Origin: Macrostomum lignano
Lineage: Eukaryota
Assembly: GCA_002269645.1 (NCBI GenBank)
Contig: NIVC01003353.1
Location: 1 to 32,726 of the forward strand
DNA: 32,726 nucleotides
Direction: 5' to 3'
Shown here: piece by piece, positions 10,409 to 21,209 of the stretch
How the letters are laid out: each line of letters begins with the position of its first letter
How positions within the stretch are numbered: position 1 is the stretch's first letter
Program-made: the position numbers and the translations under genes
The notes under the pieces: generated by a model
Told to the model about the DNA's origin: nothing
Seen by the model: the letters and a program-made list of their open reading frames with translations, nothing else
Databases searched by the model: none

Positions 10409-11417
10409 TTCAGAGTTGGGATATTTGCGCGCTTAGAGAGCAGCGCAGTTCAGAGTTGGGATATCTGCGCGCTTAGAGAGCAGCGCAGTTCAGAGTTGGG
10501 ATATCTGCGCGCTTAGAGACCAGCTCAATTCAGAGTTGGGATATCTGCGCGCTTAGAGACCAGCTCAATTCAGAGTTGGGATATCTGCGCGCTTAGAGAG
10601 CAGCTCAGTTCAGAGTTGGGATATCTGCGCGCTTAAAGAGCAGCTCAGTTCAAAGTTGGGATATCTGCGCGCTTAGAGAGCAGCTCAGTTCAGAGTTGGG
10701 ATATCTGCGCGCTTAGAGACCAGCTCAATTCAGAGTTGGGATATCTGCGCGCTTAGAGAGCAGCTCAGTTCAGAGTTGGGATATCTGCGCGCTTAGCTCG
10801 TAGAGAGCAGCTCAGTTCAGAGTTGGGATATCTGCGCGCTTAGAGAGCAGCTCAGTTCAGAGTTGGGATATCTGCGCGCTTAGAGAGCAGCTCAGTTCAG
10901 AGTTGGGATATCTGCGCGCTTAGAGAGCAGCTCAGTTCAGAGTTGGGATATCTGCGCGCTTAGAGAGCAGCGCAGTTCAGAGTTGGGATATCTGCGCGCT
11001 TAGAGAGCAGCGCAGTTCAGAGTTGGGATATCTGCGCGCTTAGAGACCAGCGCAGTTCAGAGTTGGGATATCTGCGCGCTTAGAGAGCAGCCCAGTTCAG
11101 AGTTGGGATATCTGCGCGCTTAGAGAGCAGCGCAGTTCAGAGTTGGGATATCTGCGCGCTTAGAGAGCAGCGCAGTTCAGAGTTGGGATATCTGCGCGCT
11201 TAGAGACGAGCGCAGTTCAGAGTTGGGATATCTGCGCGCTTAGAGACCAGCTCAATTCAGAGTTGGGATATCTGCGCGCTTAGAGAGCAGCGCAGTTCAG
11301 AGTTGGGATATCTGCGCGCTTAGAGAGCAGCTCAGTTCAGAGTTGGGATATCTGCGCGCTTAGAGAGCAGCTCAGTTCAGAGTTGGGATATCTGCGCGCT
11401 TAGAGACCAGCTCAGTT
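10409..11417. repeat. 40-bp minisatellite CAGAGTTGGGATATCTGCGCGCTTAGAGAGCAGC(G/T)CAGTT
   Basis: Period of 40 read directly (AGTTGGGATA at 10861 and 10901); about 25 highly similar copies. Confidence 0.97.
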
Positions 11418-11998
11418 TGCGCGCTAAAGGAAACAAAAATCCGTTCTATTATTTCTATATTTTATTCACGTTGTTGTCTATTGCATGTGTGTTCAGCTCT
11501 TTTACTCTAGTATTAAAATCTATGCATGTGCACAGCTAAGTTTAACAAACCAAATCTGTCATTTGCTACTTACTGAAATACGTTTCTCTGCAGTAGTATG
11601 TCTGGAGAATTTGTGTCTTTTTGTTTCCAAGCTGCAAACCAGACCAAGAGCGCGGACCAGCCATTCCTTTGATTTGACTGCTGGATTCGCGCTACGGTTT
11701 GCGCTGTGGCAAACTCTATAGAAATATAGAGAACCCAGACTTTCCTGCGCACCGAACGCCATTTGTCATTTATCTCTAGTAATTATCTAACTGTAGTTCT
11801 TCCATATACCACCATTCAGAACTTGTTTGGTTCTTTAGGGTTAGTTAGATAACTGTTTACTGATTAACTGAACAAGCTTAACCTCCCAGCATCTCTAGTC
11901 ATAACCATGTTTATTAATATTATATAATAATTATTCATTTTATCAAATTTTCCTCAACCTTGTTGTTTTGCTGTTTGTCTGTTCGTTGTGTTTTTTAA

Positions 11999-12022
11999 AA
12001 TAAATTTTGAATCTCAAATAAA
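11999..12022 (+). terminator. Candidate polyadenylation signals for the RUSC-like gene
   Basis: Two AATAAA hexamers (11999 and 12017) in AT-rich, 3'UTR-like sequence. Motif only. Confidence 0.3.
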
Positions 12023-12524
12023 GCGAAAGTTCCATGTGATTATATAATTAGTTTTGTTATAGTCTGTCAGCTGAAGTATATTGAATATTTATGTTTATAT
12101 CTTTACTATTTATTATACATAATCACTATAAATTTGCTTTGAATTCATTATGCTGTGTTTAAACTGTTATTAACACGTTGACTAAATGACTGCTTATTAA
12201 TAATGTTATTCTGTTACCACTGTTATTAATGAGGATCATTGATGATATTATAGTTCTCTGAATCGGGGACAGTTCACTGACTTGTGTACTATTGCGTAAT
12301 GTTTCAAGCAAAGAATTAATTAATTAATTAATATATTCACTGCCTTGCCACCTGCTCGACTTTGACCGACGAATTCAAGCAGATTTAAATTAAATTGAAT
12401 CTTGCTTTTTGTGTCGGCCTGTTGTGTTTTACTTTTACTGTCAAAAAGAAGAAAAGATTTGCAGTTTTGTAACTCCTTTATATGAAATAGCTCACAAAAT
12501 CATCCCGCCATGATGATGGGCTTT

Positions 12525-14061
12525 TCCCATCATAAGCTATTCCCATCATGAGCTATTCCCATCATAAGCTATTCCCATCATGAGCTATTCCCATCATGAG
12601 CTATTCCCATCATGAGCTATTCCCATCATAAGCTATTCCCATCATGAGCTATTCCCATCATAAGCTATTCCCATCATGAGCTATTCCCATCATGAGCTAT
12701 TCCCATCATGAGCTATTCCCATCATGAGCTATTCCCATCATGAGCTATTCCCATCATGAGCTATTCCCATCATAAGCTATTCCCATCATGAGCTATTCCC
12801 ATCATAAGCTATTCCCATCATGAGCTATTCCCATCATGAGCTGCTTCCATCATGAGCTATTCCCATCATGAGCTTTTCCCATCTTGAGCTCTTCCCATCA
12901 TGAGCTATTCCCATCATGAGCTATTCCCATCATGAGCTATTCCCATCATGAGCTATTCCCATCATGAGCTGCTTCTATCATGAGCTACGAGTATTCCCAT
13001 CATGAGCTATTCCCATCATGAGCTATTCCCATCATGAGCTATTCCCATCATGAGCTATTCCCATCCTGAGCTATTCCCATCCTGAGCTATTCCCATCATG
13101 AGCTATTCCCATCGTGAGCTGCTTCTATCATGAGCTATTCCCATCATGAGCTACGAGTATTCCCATCATGAGCTCTTCCCATCATGAGCTCTTCCCATCA
13201 TGAGCTATTCCCATCATGAAGTATTCCCATCATAAGCTATTCCCATCATGAACTATTCCCATCATGAGCTATTCCTATCATGAGCTGCTTCCATCACAAG
13301 CTATTCCTATCATGAGCTATTCCCATCCTGAGCTATTCCCATCATGAGCTATTCCCATCATGAGCTATTCCCATCATGAGCTGCTTCCATCACGAGCTAT
13401 TCCTATCATGAGATATTCCCATCATGAGCTATTCCCATCATGAGCTGCTTCCATCACGAGCTATTCCTATCATGAGCTATTCCCATCACAAGCTCTTCCC
13501 ATCATGAGCTATTCCCATCATGAACTATTCCCATCATGAGCTATTCCCATCATGAGCTATTCCCATCATGAGCTATTCCCATCATGAGCTATTCCCATCA
13601 TGAGCTATTCCCATCCTGAGCTATTCCCATCATGAGCTATTCCCATCGTGAGCTGCTTCTATCATGAGCTATTCCCATCATGAGCTACGAGTATTCCCAT
13701 CATGAGCTCTTCCCATCATGAGTTATTCCCATCATGAACTATTCCCATCACAAGCTATTCCTATCATGAGCTATTCCCATCCTGAGCTATTCCCATCATG
13801 AGCTATTCCCATCATGAGCTATTCCCATCATGAGCTGCTTCCATCACGAGCTATTCCTATCATGAGATATTCCCATCATGAGCTGCTTCCATCACGAGCT
13901 ATTCCTATCATGAGCTATTCCCATCATGAGCTATTCCCATCATGAGCTGCTTCCATCACGAGCTATTCCCATCATGAGCTATTCCCATCATGAGCTCTTC
14001 CCATCATGAGCTATTCCCATCATGAACTATTCCCATCATGAGCTCTTCCCATCATGAGCTC
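12525..14061. repeat. 16-bp minisatellite CTATTCCCATCATGAG
   Basis: Direct reading; about 95 copies with recurring variants (CTGCTTCC, CTACGAGTATT). Confidence 0.97.
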
Positions 14062-14865
14062 TTTCTATCTGACCGGTCAATGTGACCGGAACTGGAGGTC
14101 GCTTTGATCGCGAAAGAGTGGGTCTTGAAGTGTCTACGTGGACTCCTCATTTAGCCTGATAGAATTACAGGGATTTTCAACGCCATCGAAATCGAAGCTA
14201 AGAAGTTCTATCAATGCAAATTAATATATAGTAGAATAGCAAATTGCTAGTATCTAATTATACTACTTAATTCGAATTTTCAGTAGTACCATCATGATTC
14301 TGTTTCCAGTTTAAGTTCAACCATATGTTTCCTACAGAGTTGTCTTTCAATATTTGCAGAAGCCAGTCAGTCAGCTCTGTGTGAAACGCTCGTGTTTATA
14401 TTGCCCCATTTCTATGAAGTTGGATTGCCCGATAAAGTGCGCGCTATCCAATCCACTGCAAGCTGATACATGTCGGGCCGAGGCCACTGGCGCGTGCTCG
14501 CTAAACGTCGTGTCCCTCCTACAAAGGCAAACACTTGGGGGGGGGTCCGAATTTTCAATGTCCAACTGGAGGGTAACTTACAATAAGCATGCAGGTTCTG
14601 TTGCTGTGTGTGCAATACTTTGTAGGGAATTAATTTACTCAGCACTCGAATATGTTGGGCTGAATTTTTGACACAATGGATAGAAGGGACCGCCGCTGTG
14701 ATGCGGGGCTTAACAGCGATGCAATAATGCACAGAGACATCTGTCAGTCAGGAATAAGCAGTTGGCTAAGTTTATGTGAGCTTTTTACACACTCTTGCGA
14801 GTTTAATAGTTCTGGTTATTTTCCTGCGACAGTTTCACTTTGTGTTCTCTTACCACCGCCAATGT

Positions 14866-17800
14866 GTGTCTGTCTCCACTCTCTGTGTCTATCTCCACTC
14901 TCCGTGTTTATCCCCAGTTTCTATCTCCACCCTCCGTGTTTATCTCCAGTGTCTATCTCCACTCTCCGTGTTTATCCCCAGTTTCTATCTCCACCCTCCG
15001 TGTTTATCTCCAGTGTCTATCTCCACTCTCCGTGTTTATCCCCAGTTTCTATCTCCACCCTCCGTGTTTATCTCCAGTGTCTATCTCCACTCTCCGTGTT
15101 TATCCCCAGTTTCTATCTCCACCCTCCGTGTTTATCTCCAGTGTCTATCTCCACTCTGTGTCTATCTCCACCCTCCGTGTCTATCCCCAGTGTCCGTCTC
15201 CAGTGTCTGTCTCCACTCTCTGTGTCTATCTCCCCTCTCCGTGTTTATCCCCAGTGTCTATCTCCACCCTCCGTGTCTATCCCCGGTGTCTGTCTCCACT
15301 CTCTGTGTCTATCTCCACCCTCCGTGTTTATCCCCAGTGTCTGTCTCCACTCTCTGTGTCTATCTCCACTCTCCATGTTTATCCCCAGTGTCTATCTCCA
15401 CCCTCCGTGTTTATCTCCAGTGTCTGTCTCCACTCTCTGTGTCTATCTCCACTCTCCGTGTTTATCCCCAGTTTCTATCTCCACCCTCCGTGTCTATCCC
15501 CGGTGTCTGTCTCCACTCTCTGTGTCTATCTCCACCCTCCGTGTTTATCCCCAGTGTCTGTCTCCACTCTCTGTGTCTATCTCCACTCTCCATGTTTATC
15601 CCCAGTGTCTATCTCCACCCTCCGTGTTTATCCCCAGTGTCTGTCTCCAGTGTCTGTCTCCACTCTCTGTGTCTATCTCCACTCTCCGTGTTTATCCCCA
15701 GTGTCTATCTCCGCCCTCCGTGTTTATCTCCAGTGTCTGTCTCCACTCTCTGTGTCTATCTCCACTCTCCGTGTTTATCCCCAGTTTCTATCTCCACCCT
15801 CCGTGTCTATCCCCAGTGTCTGTCTCCAGTGTCTGTCTCCACTCTCTGTGTCTATCTCCACCCTCCGTGTTTATCCCCAGTGTCTGTCTCCACTCTCTGT
15901 GTCTATCTCCACTCTCCGTGTTTATCCCCAGTGTCTATCTCCACCCTCCGTGTTTATCTCCAGTGTCTGTCTCCACTCTCTGTGTCTATCTCCACTCTCC
16001 GTGTTTATCACCAGTGTCTGTCTCCAGTGTCTGTCTCCACTCTCTGTGTCTATCTCCACTCTCCGTGTCTATCCCCAGTGTCTGTCTCCAGTGTCTGTCT
16101 CCACTCTCTGTGTCTATCTCCACCCTCCGTGTTTATCCCCAGTGTCTGTCTCCAGTGTCTGTCTCCACTCTCTGTGACTATCTCCACTCTCCGTGTTTAT
16201 CCCCAGTGTCTATCTCCGCCCTCCGTGTTTATCTCCAGTGTCTGTCTCCACTCTCTGTGTCTATCTCCACTCTCCGTGTTTATCCCCAGTTTCTATCTCC
16301 ACCCTCCGTGTCTATCCCCAGTGTCTGTCTCCAGTGTCTGTCTCCACTCTCTGTGTCTATCTCCACCCTCCGTGTTTATCCCCAGTGTCTGTCTCCACTC
16401 TCTGTGTCTATCTCCACTCTCCGTGTTTATCCCCAGTGTCTATCTCCACCCTCCGTGTTTATCTCCAGTGTCTGTCTCCACTCTCTGTGTCTATCTCCAC
16501 TCTCCGTGTTTATCCCCAGTTTCTATCTCCACCCTCCGTGTCTATCCCCAGTGTCTGTCTCCAGTGTCTGTCTCCACTCTCTGTGTCTATCTCCACTCTC
16601 CGTGTTTATCCCCAGTGTCTATCTCCACCCTCCGTGTTTATCTCCAGTGTCTGTCTCCAGTGTCTGTCTCCACTCTCTGTATCTATCTCCACCCTCCGTG
16701 TTTATCTCCAGTGTCTGTCTCCACTCTCTGTGTCTATCTCCACTCTCCGTGTTTATCCCCAGTTTCTATCTCCACCCTCCGTGTCTATCCCCAGTGTCTG
16801 TCTCCAGTGTCTGTCTCCACTCTCTGTGTCTATCTCCACTCTCCGTGTTTATCACCAGTGTCTATCTCCACTCTGTGTCTATCTCCACCCTCCGTGTCTA
16901 TCCCCAGTGTCTGTCTCCAGTGTCTGTCTCCACTCTCTGTGTCTATCTCCACTCTCCGTGTCTATCCCCAGTGTCTGTCTCCAGTGTCTGTCTCCACTCT
17001 CTGTGTCTATCTCCACTCTCCGTGTTTATCCCCAGTTTCTATCTCCACCCTCCGTGTTTATCTCCAGTGTCTATCTCCACTCTCCGTGTTTATCCCCAGT
17101 TTCTATCTCCACCCTCCGTGTTTATCTCCAGTGTCTGTCTCCACTCTCTGTGTCTATCTCCACTCTCCGTGTTTATCCTCAGTTTCTATCTCCACCCTCC
17201 GTGTCTATCCCCAGTGTCTGTCTCCAGTGTCTGTCTCCACTCTCTGTGTCTATCTCCACTCTCCGTGTTTATCCCCAGTGTCTATCTCCACCCTCCGTGT
17301 TTATCTCCAGTGTCTGTCTCCACTCTCTGTGTCTATCTCCACTCTCCGTGTTTATCCCCAGTGTCTGTCTCCACTCTCCGTGTTTATCTCCAGTGTCTGT
17401 CTCCACTCTCTGTGTCTATCTCCACTCTCCGTGTTTATCTCCAGTGTCTGTCTCCACTCTCTGTTTCTATCTCCACTCTCCGTGTCTATCTCCAGTGTCT
17501 GTCTCCACTCTCTGTGTCTATCCCCAGTGTCTGTCTCCACTCTCCGTGTTTATCCCCAGTGTCTGTCTCCACCCTCCGTGTTTATCTCCAGTGTCTGTCT
17601 TCACCCTCCGTGTCTATCTCCAGTGTCTGTCTCCACTCTCTGTGTCTATCTCCACTCTCCGTGTTTATCCCCAGTGTCTGTCTCCACTCTCCGTGTTTAT
17701 CTCCAGTGTCTGTCTCCACCCTCCGTGTTTATCCCCAGTGTCTGTCTCCACTCTCCGTGTCTATCTCCAGTGTCTGTCTCCACTCTCTGTGTCTATCCCC

Positions 17801-18246
17801 AGTGTCTGTCTCCACTCTCCGTGTTTATCCCCAGTGTCTGTCTCCACCCTCCGTGTTTATCTCCAGTGTCTGTCTTCACCCTCCGTGTCTATCTCCAGTG
17901 TCTGTCTCCACTCTCTGTGTCTATCTCCACTCTCCGTGTTTATCCCCAGTGTCTGTCTCCACTCTCCGTGTTTATCTCCAGTGTCTGTCTCCACCCTCCG
18001 TGTTTATCCCCAGTGTCTGTCTCCACTCTCCGTGTTTATCTCCAGTGTCTGTCTCCACCCTCCGTGTTTATCCCCAGTGTCTGTCTCCACTCTCCGTGTC
18101 TATCTCCAGTGTCTATCTCCACCCTCCGTGTTTATCCCCAGTGTCTGTCTCCACTCTCCGTGTTTATCTCCACCCTCCGTGTCTATCTCCAGTGTCTATC
18201 TCCACCCTCCGTGTTTATCCCCAGTGTCTGTCTCCACTCTCCGTGT
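14866..18246. repeat. Composite minisatellite of 19-bp (CTCCACTCTCCGTGTTTAT) and 13-bp (CCCCAGTGTCTGT) modules
   Basis: Direct reading; about 3.4 kb. The modules contain no stop codons on +, which explains the 445-1205 aa ORFs. Confidence 0.97.
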
Positions 18247-18250
18247 ATAG

Positions 18251-18690
18251 AGGCAGGATAGAGACAGCAGCCTCCTCCATGTCAATCTCATAGTCAGGAA
18301 GGGCAGGATAGAGACAGCAGCCTCCTCCATGTCAATCTCATAGTCAGGAAGGGCAGGATAGAGACAGCAGCCTCCTCCATGTTAATCTCATAGTCAGGAA
18401 GGGCAGGATAGATACAGCAACCTCCTCCATGTCAATCTCATAGTCGGGAAGGGCAGGATAGAGACAGCAGCCTCCTCCATGTCAATCTCATAGTCAGGAA
18501 GGGCAGGATAGAGACATCAGCCTCCTCCATGTCAATCTCATAGTCAGGAAGGGCAGGATAGAGACATCAGCCTCCTCCATGTCAATCTCATAGTCAGGAA
18601 GGGCAGGATAGAGACAGCAGCCTCCTCCATGTCAATCTCATAGTCAGGAAGGGCATGATAGAGACAGCAGCCTCCTCCATGTCAATCTCA
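18251..18690. repeat. 50-bp tandem repeat GAAGGGCAGGATAGAGACAGCAGCCTCCTCCATGTCAATCTCATAGTCAG
   Basis: Period of 50 read directly; about 9 near-identical copies. Confidence 0.97.
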
Positions 18691-19184
18691 GTCCCCGTCA
18701 CACCCCAGTACGCCGCCCAGTGTGAGCAGGGCATTCTGACTTCTTTCCAACAGAACTGCCTACTGCTTGGACAGGGAAATCTATCTTGAGGCCAGGAGAA
18801 ATTCAATAAACCCCGCCCTCCTCCGCTGCCTTATTCCTTCCGCTTAGTTCCTCAGTATCCGCTCTTGCAGTTCCGTCCGCAATGTCCAGCTCAAAAATGC
18901 ATTAGCAGTTCCGTCGCGTTTTTGAAGTTGCCTCTGAGAAAGGGCGCATTGTAGCTCTCAGTGCTGCTATATTTCCGCAAATTCGATTTCCCACGCGATA
19001 AAAATAGCTTGGCAAGGCAATTTACGAGTCAGTTGCTAACGGCATTGTATGCACTCCTGGAGTCCTAAACTGTCGGCTTGTAGCAGACGCCCACACATTG
19101 GGGAATGAGATTTTAATGTGATAATGGCACCTACGATTGCGATAAGAGGGAACCAAACAAATGGCTGAACTGTATCTTAGTAGT

Positions 19185-19858
19185 GCCAAAATGGACCCAA
19201 AGATGGCGCCAAAATGGACCTAAGGATGGCGCCAAAATGAACCCAAGGACGGCGCTAAAATAGACCCAAGGATAGCGCCAAAATGAAACTAAGGATGGCG
19301 CCAAAATCGACCCAAAGATGGCGCCAAAATCGATCCAAGGATGGCGCCAAAATAGACCTAAATATGGCACCAAAAGGAAACTAAGGATGGCGCCAAAATC
19401 GACCCAAGGATGGCGCCAAAATCGACCCAAGGATGGCGCCAAAATCGACCCAAGGATGGCGCCAAAATCGACCCAAGGATGGCGCCAAAATCGACCCAAG
19501 GATGGCGCCAAAATCGACCCAAGGATGGCGCCAAAATCGATCCAAGGATGGCGCCACAATGAATCTTAAACATAACGCTAAAATAGACCCAAGGATGGTG
19601 CTACAATGGGCCTCAGACCTTAATAGACCTTAAGTATAGCACCAAGATGGATCTCAAGTATAGCACCAAAATGGACCTTAAGTATAGCACCAAAATGGAC
19701 CTTAAGTATAGCATCAAAATGGATCTCAAGTATAGCGCCAAAATGGATCTTAAGTACCAGTACAGCGCCAAAATGGACCTTAAGTATAACGCCAAAATGG
19801 ACCTTAAGTATAACGCCAAAATGGACCTTAAGTACCGGTATAGCGCCAAAATAGGCCT
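19185..19858. repeat. Two related arrays: 23-mer AAGGATGGCGCCAAAATCGACCC followed by 24-mer ATGGACCTTAAGTATAGCACCAAA
   Basis: Direct reading; periods of 23 (~19185-19610) and 24 (~19624-19858). Confidence 0.95.
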
Positions 19859-21209
19859 TGATAGCATTACAAAACAGACTGCAGCAACAAAATAACTGGT
19901 ATCCAGAAAAAACGTTTAAACAGCCTAAAAAATAAGAGAGTTCGATAAAGTTCGGCAGCACGCAGCGATACAGCTGCACACACACACACAGATGTCTTAT
20001 GTTGCACACGCATGGCTAGCAACCGGGTCAGCGTCATCATGCAAAGCAAATTAGTTGCCACATCGCATATAAAAGGGAATTACTGTATCCTATCAATAGC
20101 TACCGTGCCTATTGGATGGGTGTCTAAATAAATTACCCCACGCGACAGGCCTCGCTGCTCTGTTTAAGAGACAGACGCATGAAAAAAGGGAAGGCGAGAG
20201 AGGCCTAATTGCTTTCCGCCCAAAGAAGTCCTCAAGGCGGCTCCGGGATCGGCGAGATGAAATGTAGCAGCGGAGTTCCGCCGCCGCCCCTCAGTTCCTC
20301 CAATGTCCCTCGGGGGGGGGGGGGGGGCTGCTCTGTAAAGCCGAACGGGAACGGCTAGATGAAAATACGAGGAAGGAATTCGGCTAGGAGGCTGCGTGAT
20401 GGCGGCTTGCCTTAGCCTTCGGTTTCGGGCCAAAGTAGACCGAACAGCCCGCGATAATGAATATGCCGGGCCGGCCTTAGTATAGGATATCCAGGGGAAC
20501 TTCTGACAGAAACTTTTCCATCTTCCTGCGCGCCTTCGCAGGATCCGACAAGAGACGGGGGTTCGAGATGAATGGGGAGAGGGAGAGTGAGGTGAAAAAT
20601 TCCCCTCCCTAGTGCTCCTTACCAGATTCTCTACCCAGCTCCCCTCTCCCTCTCCTGTCACACTTGCCCGGACTGCAGCTCTCACACCGCCCGCACCAGG
20701 GGTTGGGGTTGCGGCTAATCCCATTCACATCGGCGCGCATATCTTTGGTGAAATCCTAGCGTGCACAGGGCTTGGGCGGGGCAGGCAGGCAGTCAGGCAT
20801 ACCAAACTGCGGCTGCTGCCCCCTTCCCTGTACTTCAGACGGTTGAGGGGGGCTTGCAATGTCGATCTGGGCTTTGGTTCCCTCCTCTCTCGCTATTTCC
20901 ACCCTCGTCTCCGCTCTCTCCTCTCTCTACCCCTCTCTGGTCTTCCGACTGGCCAGCCCCCCCCGCCCCAGTGACACGAGGAAGAAGGAGGGCTGGCGGG
21001 CCAGGACTAAAGGCGGGAGGCCCAGAGTTTATCGGTTGGATAGAAAGGCAAAAAGGCTTGAAGCGGAAAAGGTGGCCGTTAGTTTTGCCTGAAGGCCTTG
21101 CTTGGTTCTAGCGTAGCTTGTATCGGATTTTCAGCCGGGGCCGAAGCAGCGAATCTCGGTTAGGACAGATCGTTTTTATCATTCTTCAAGCCTCAGTCAC
21201 AGCCGCAAC

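Noticed and set aside
10409-11417. CRISPR-like appearance of the 40-bp and 50-bp arrays
   Set aside because: Head-to-tail units without unique spacers, no cas genes, eukaryotic context.
14360-14572. Candidate symmetric 213-nt exon (TTTGCAG acceptor, GTAACT donor), Cys-rich; another frame also open to 14466
   Set aside because: No recognisable homology, codon style unlike the real exons, and it lies downstream of the RUSC stop.
14676-18293. ORFs of 445-1205 aa (CLSPLSV... repeats)
   Set aside because: Open in all three + frames because the repeat modules lack stop codons; no domain, no splice context.
19647-19895. MDLKYSTK repeat protein
   Set aside because: Direct consequence of a 24-bp unit; no independent coding evidence.
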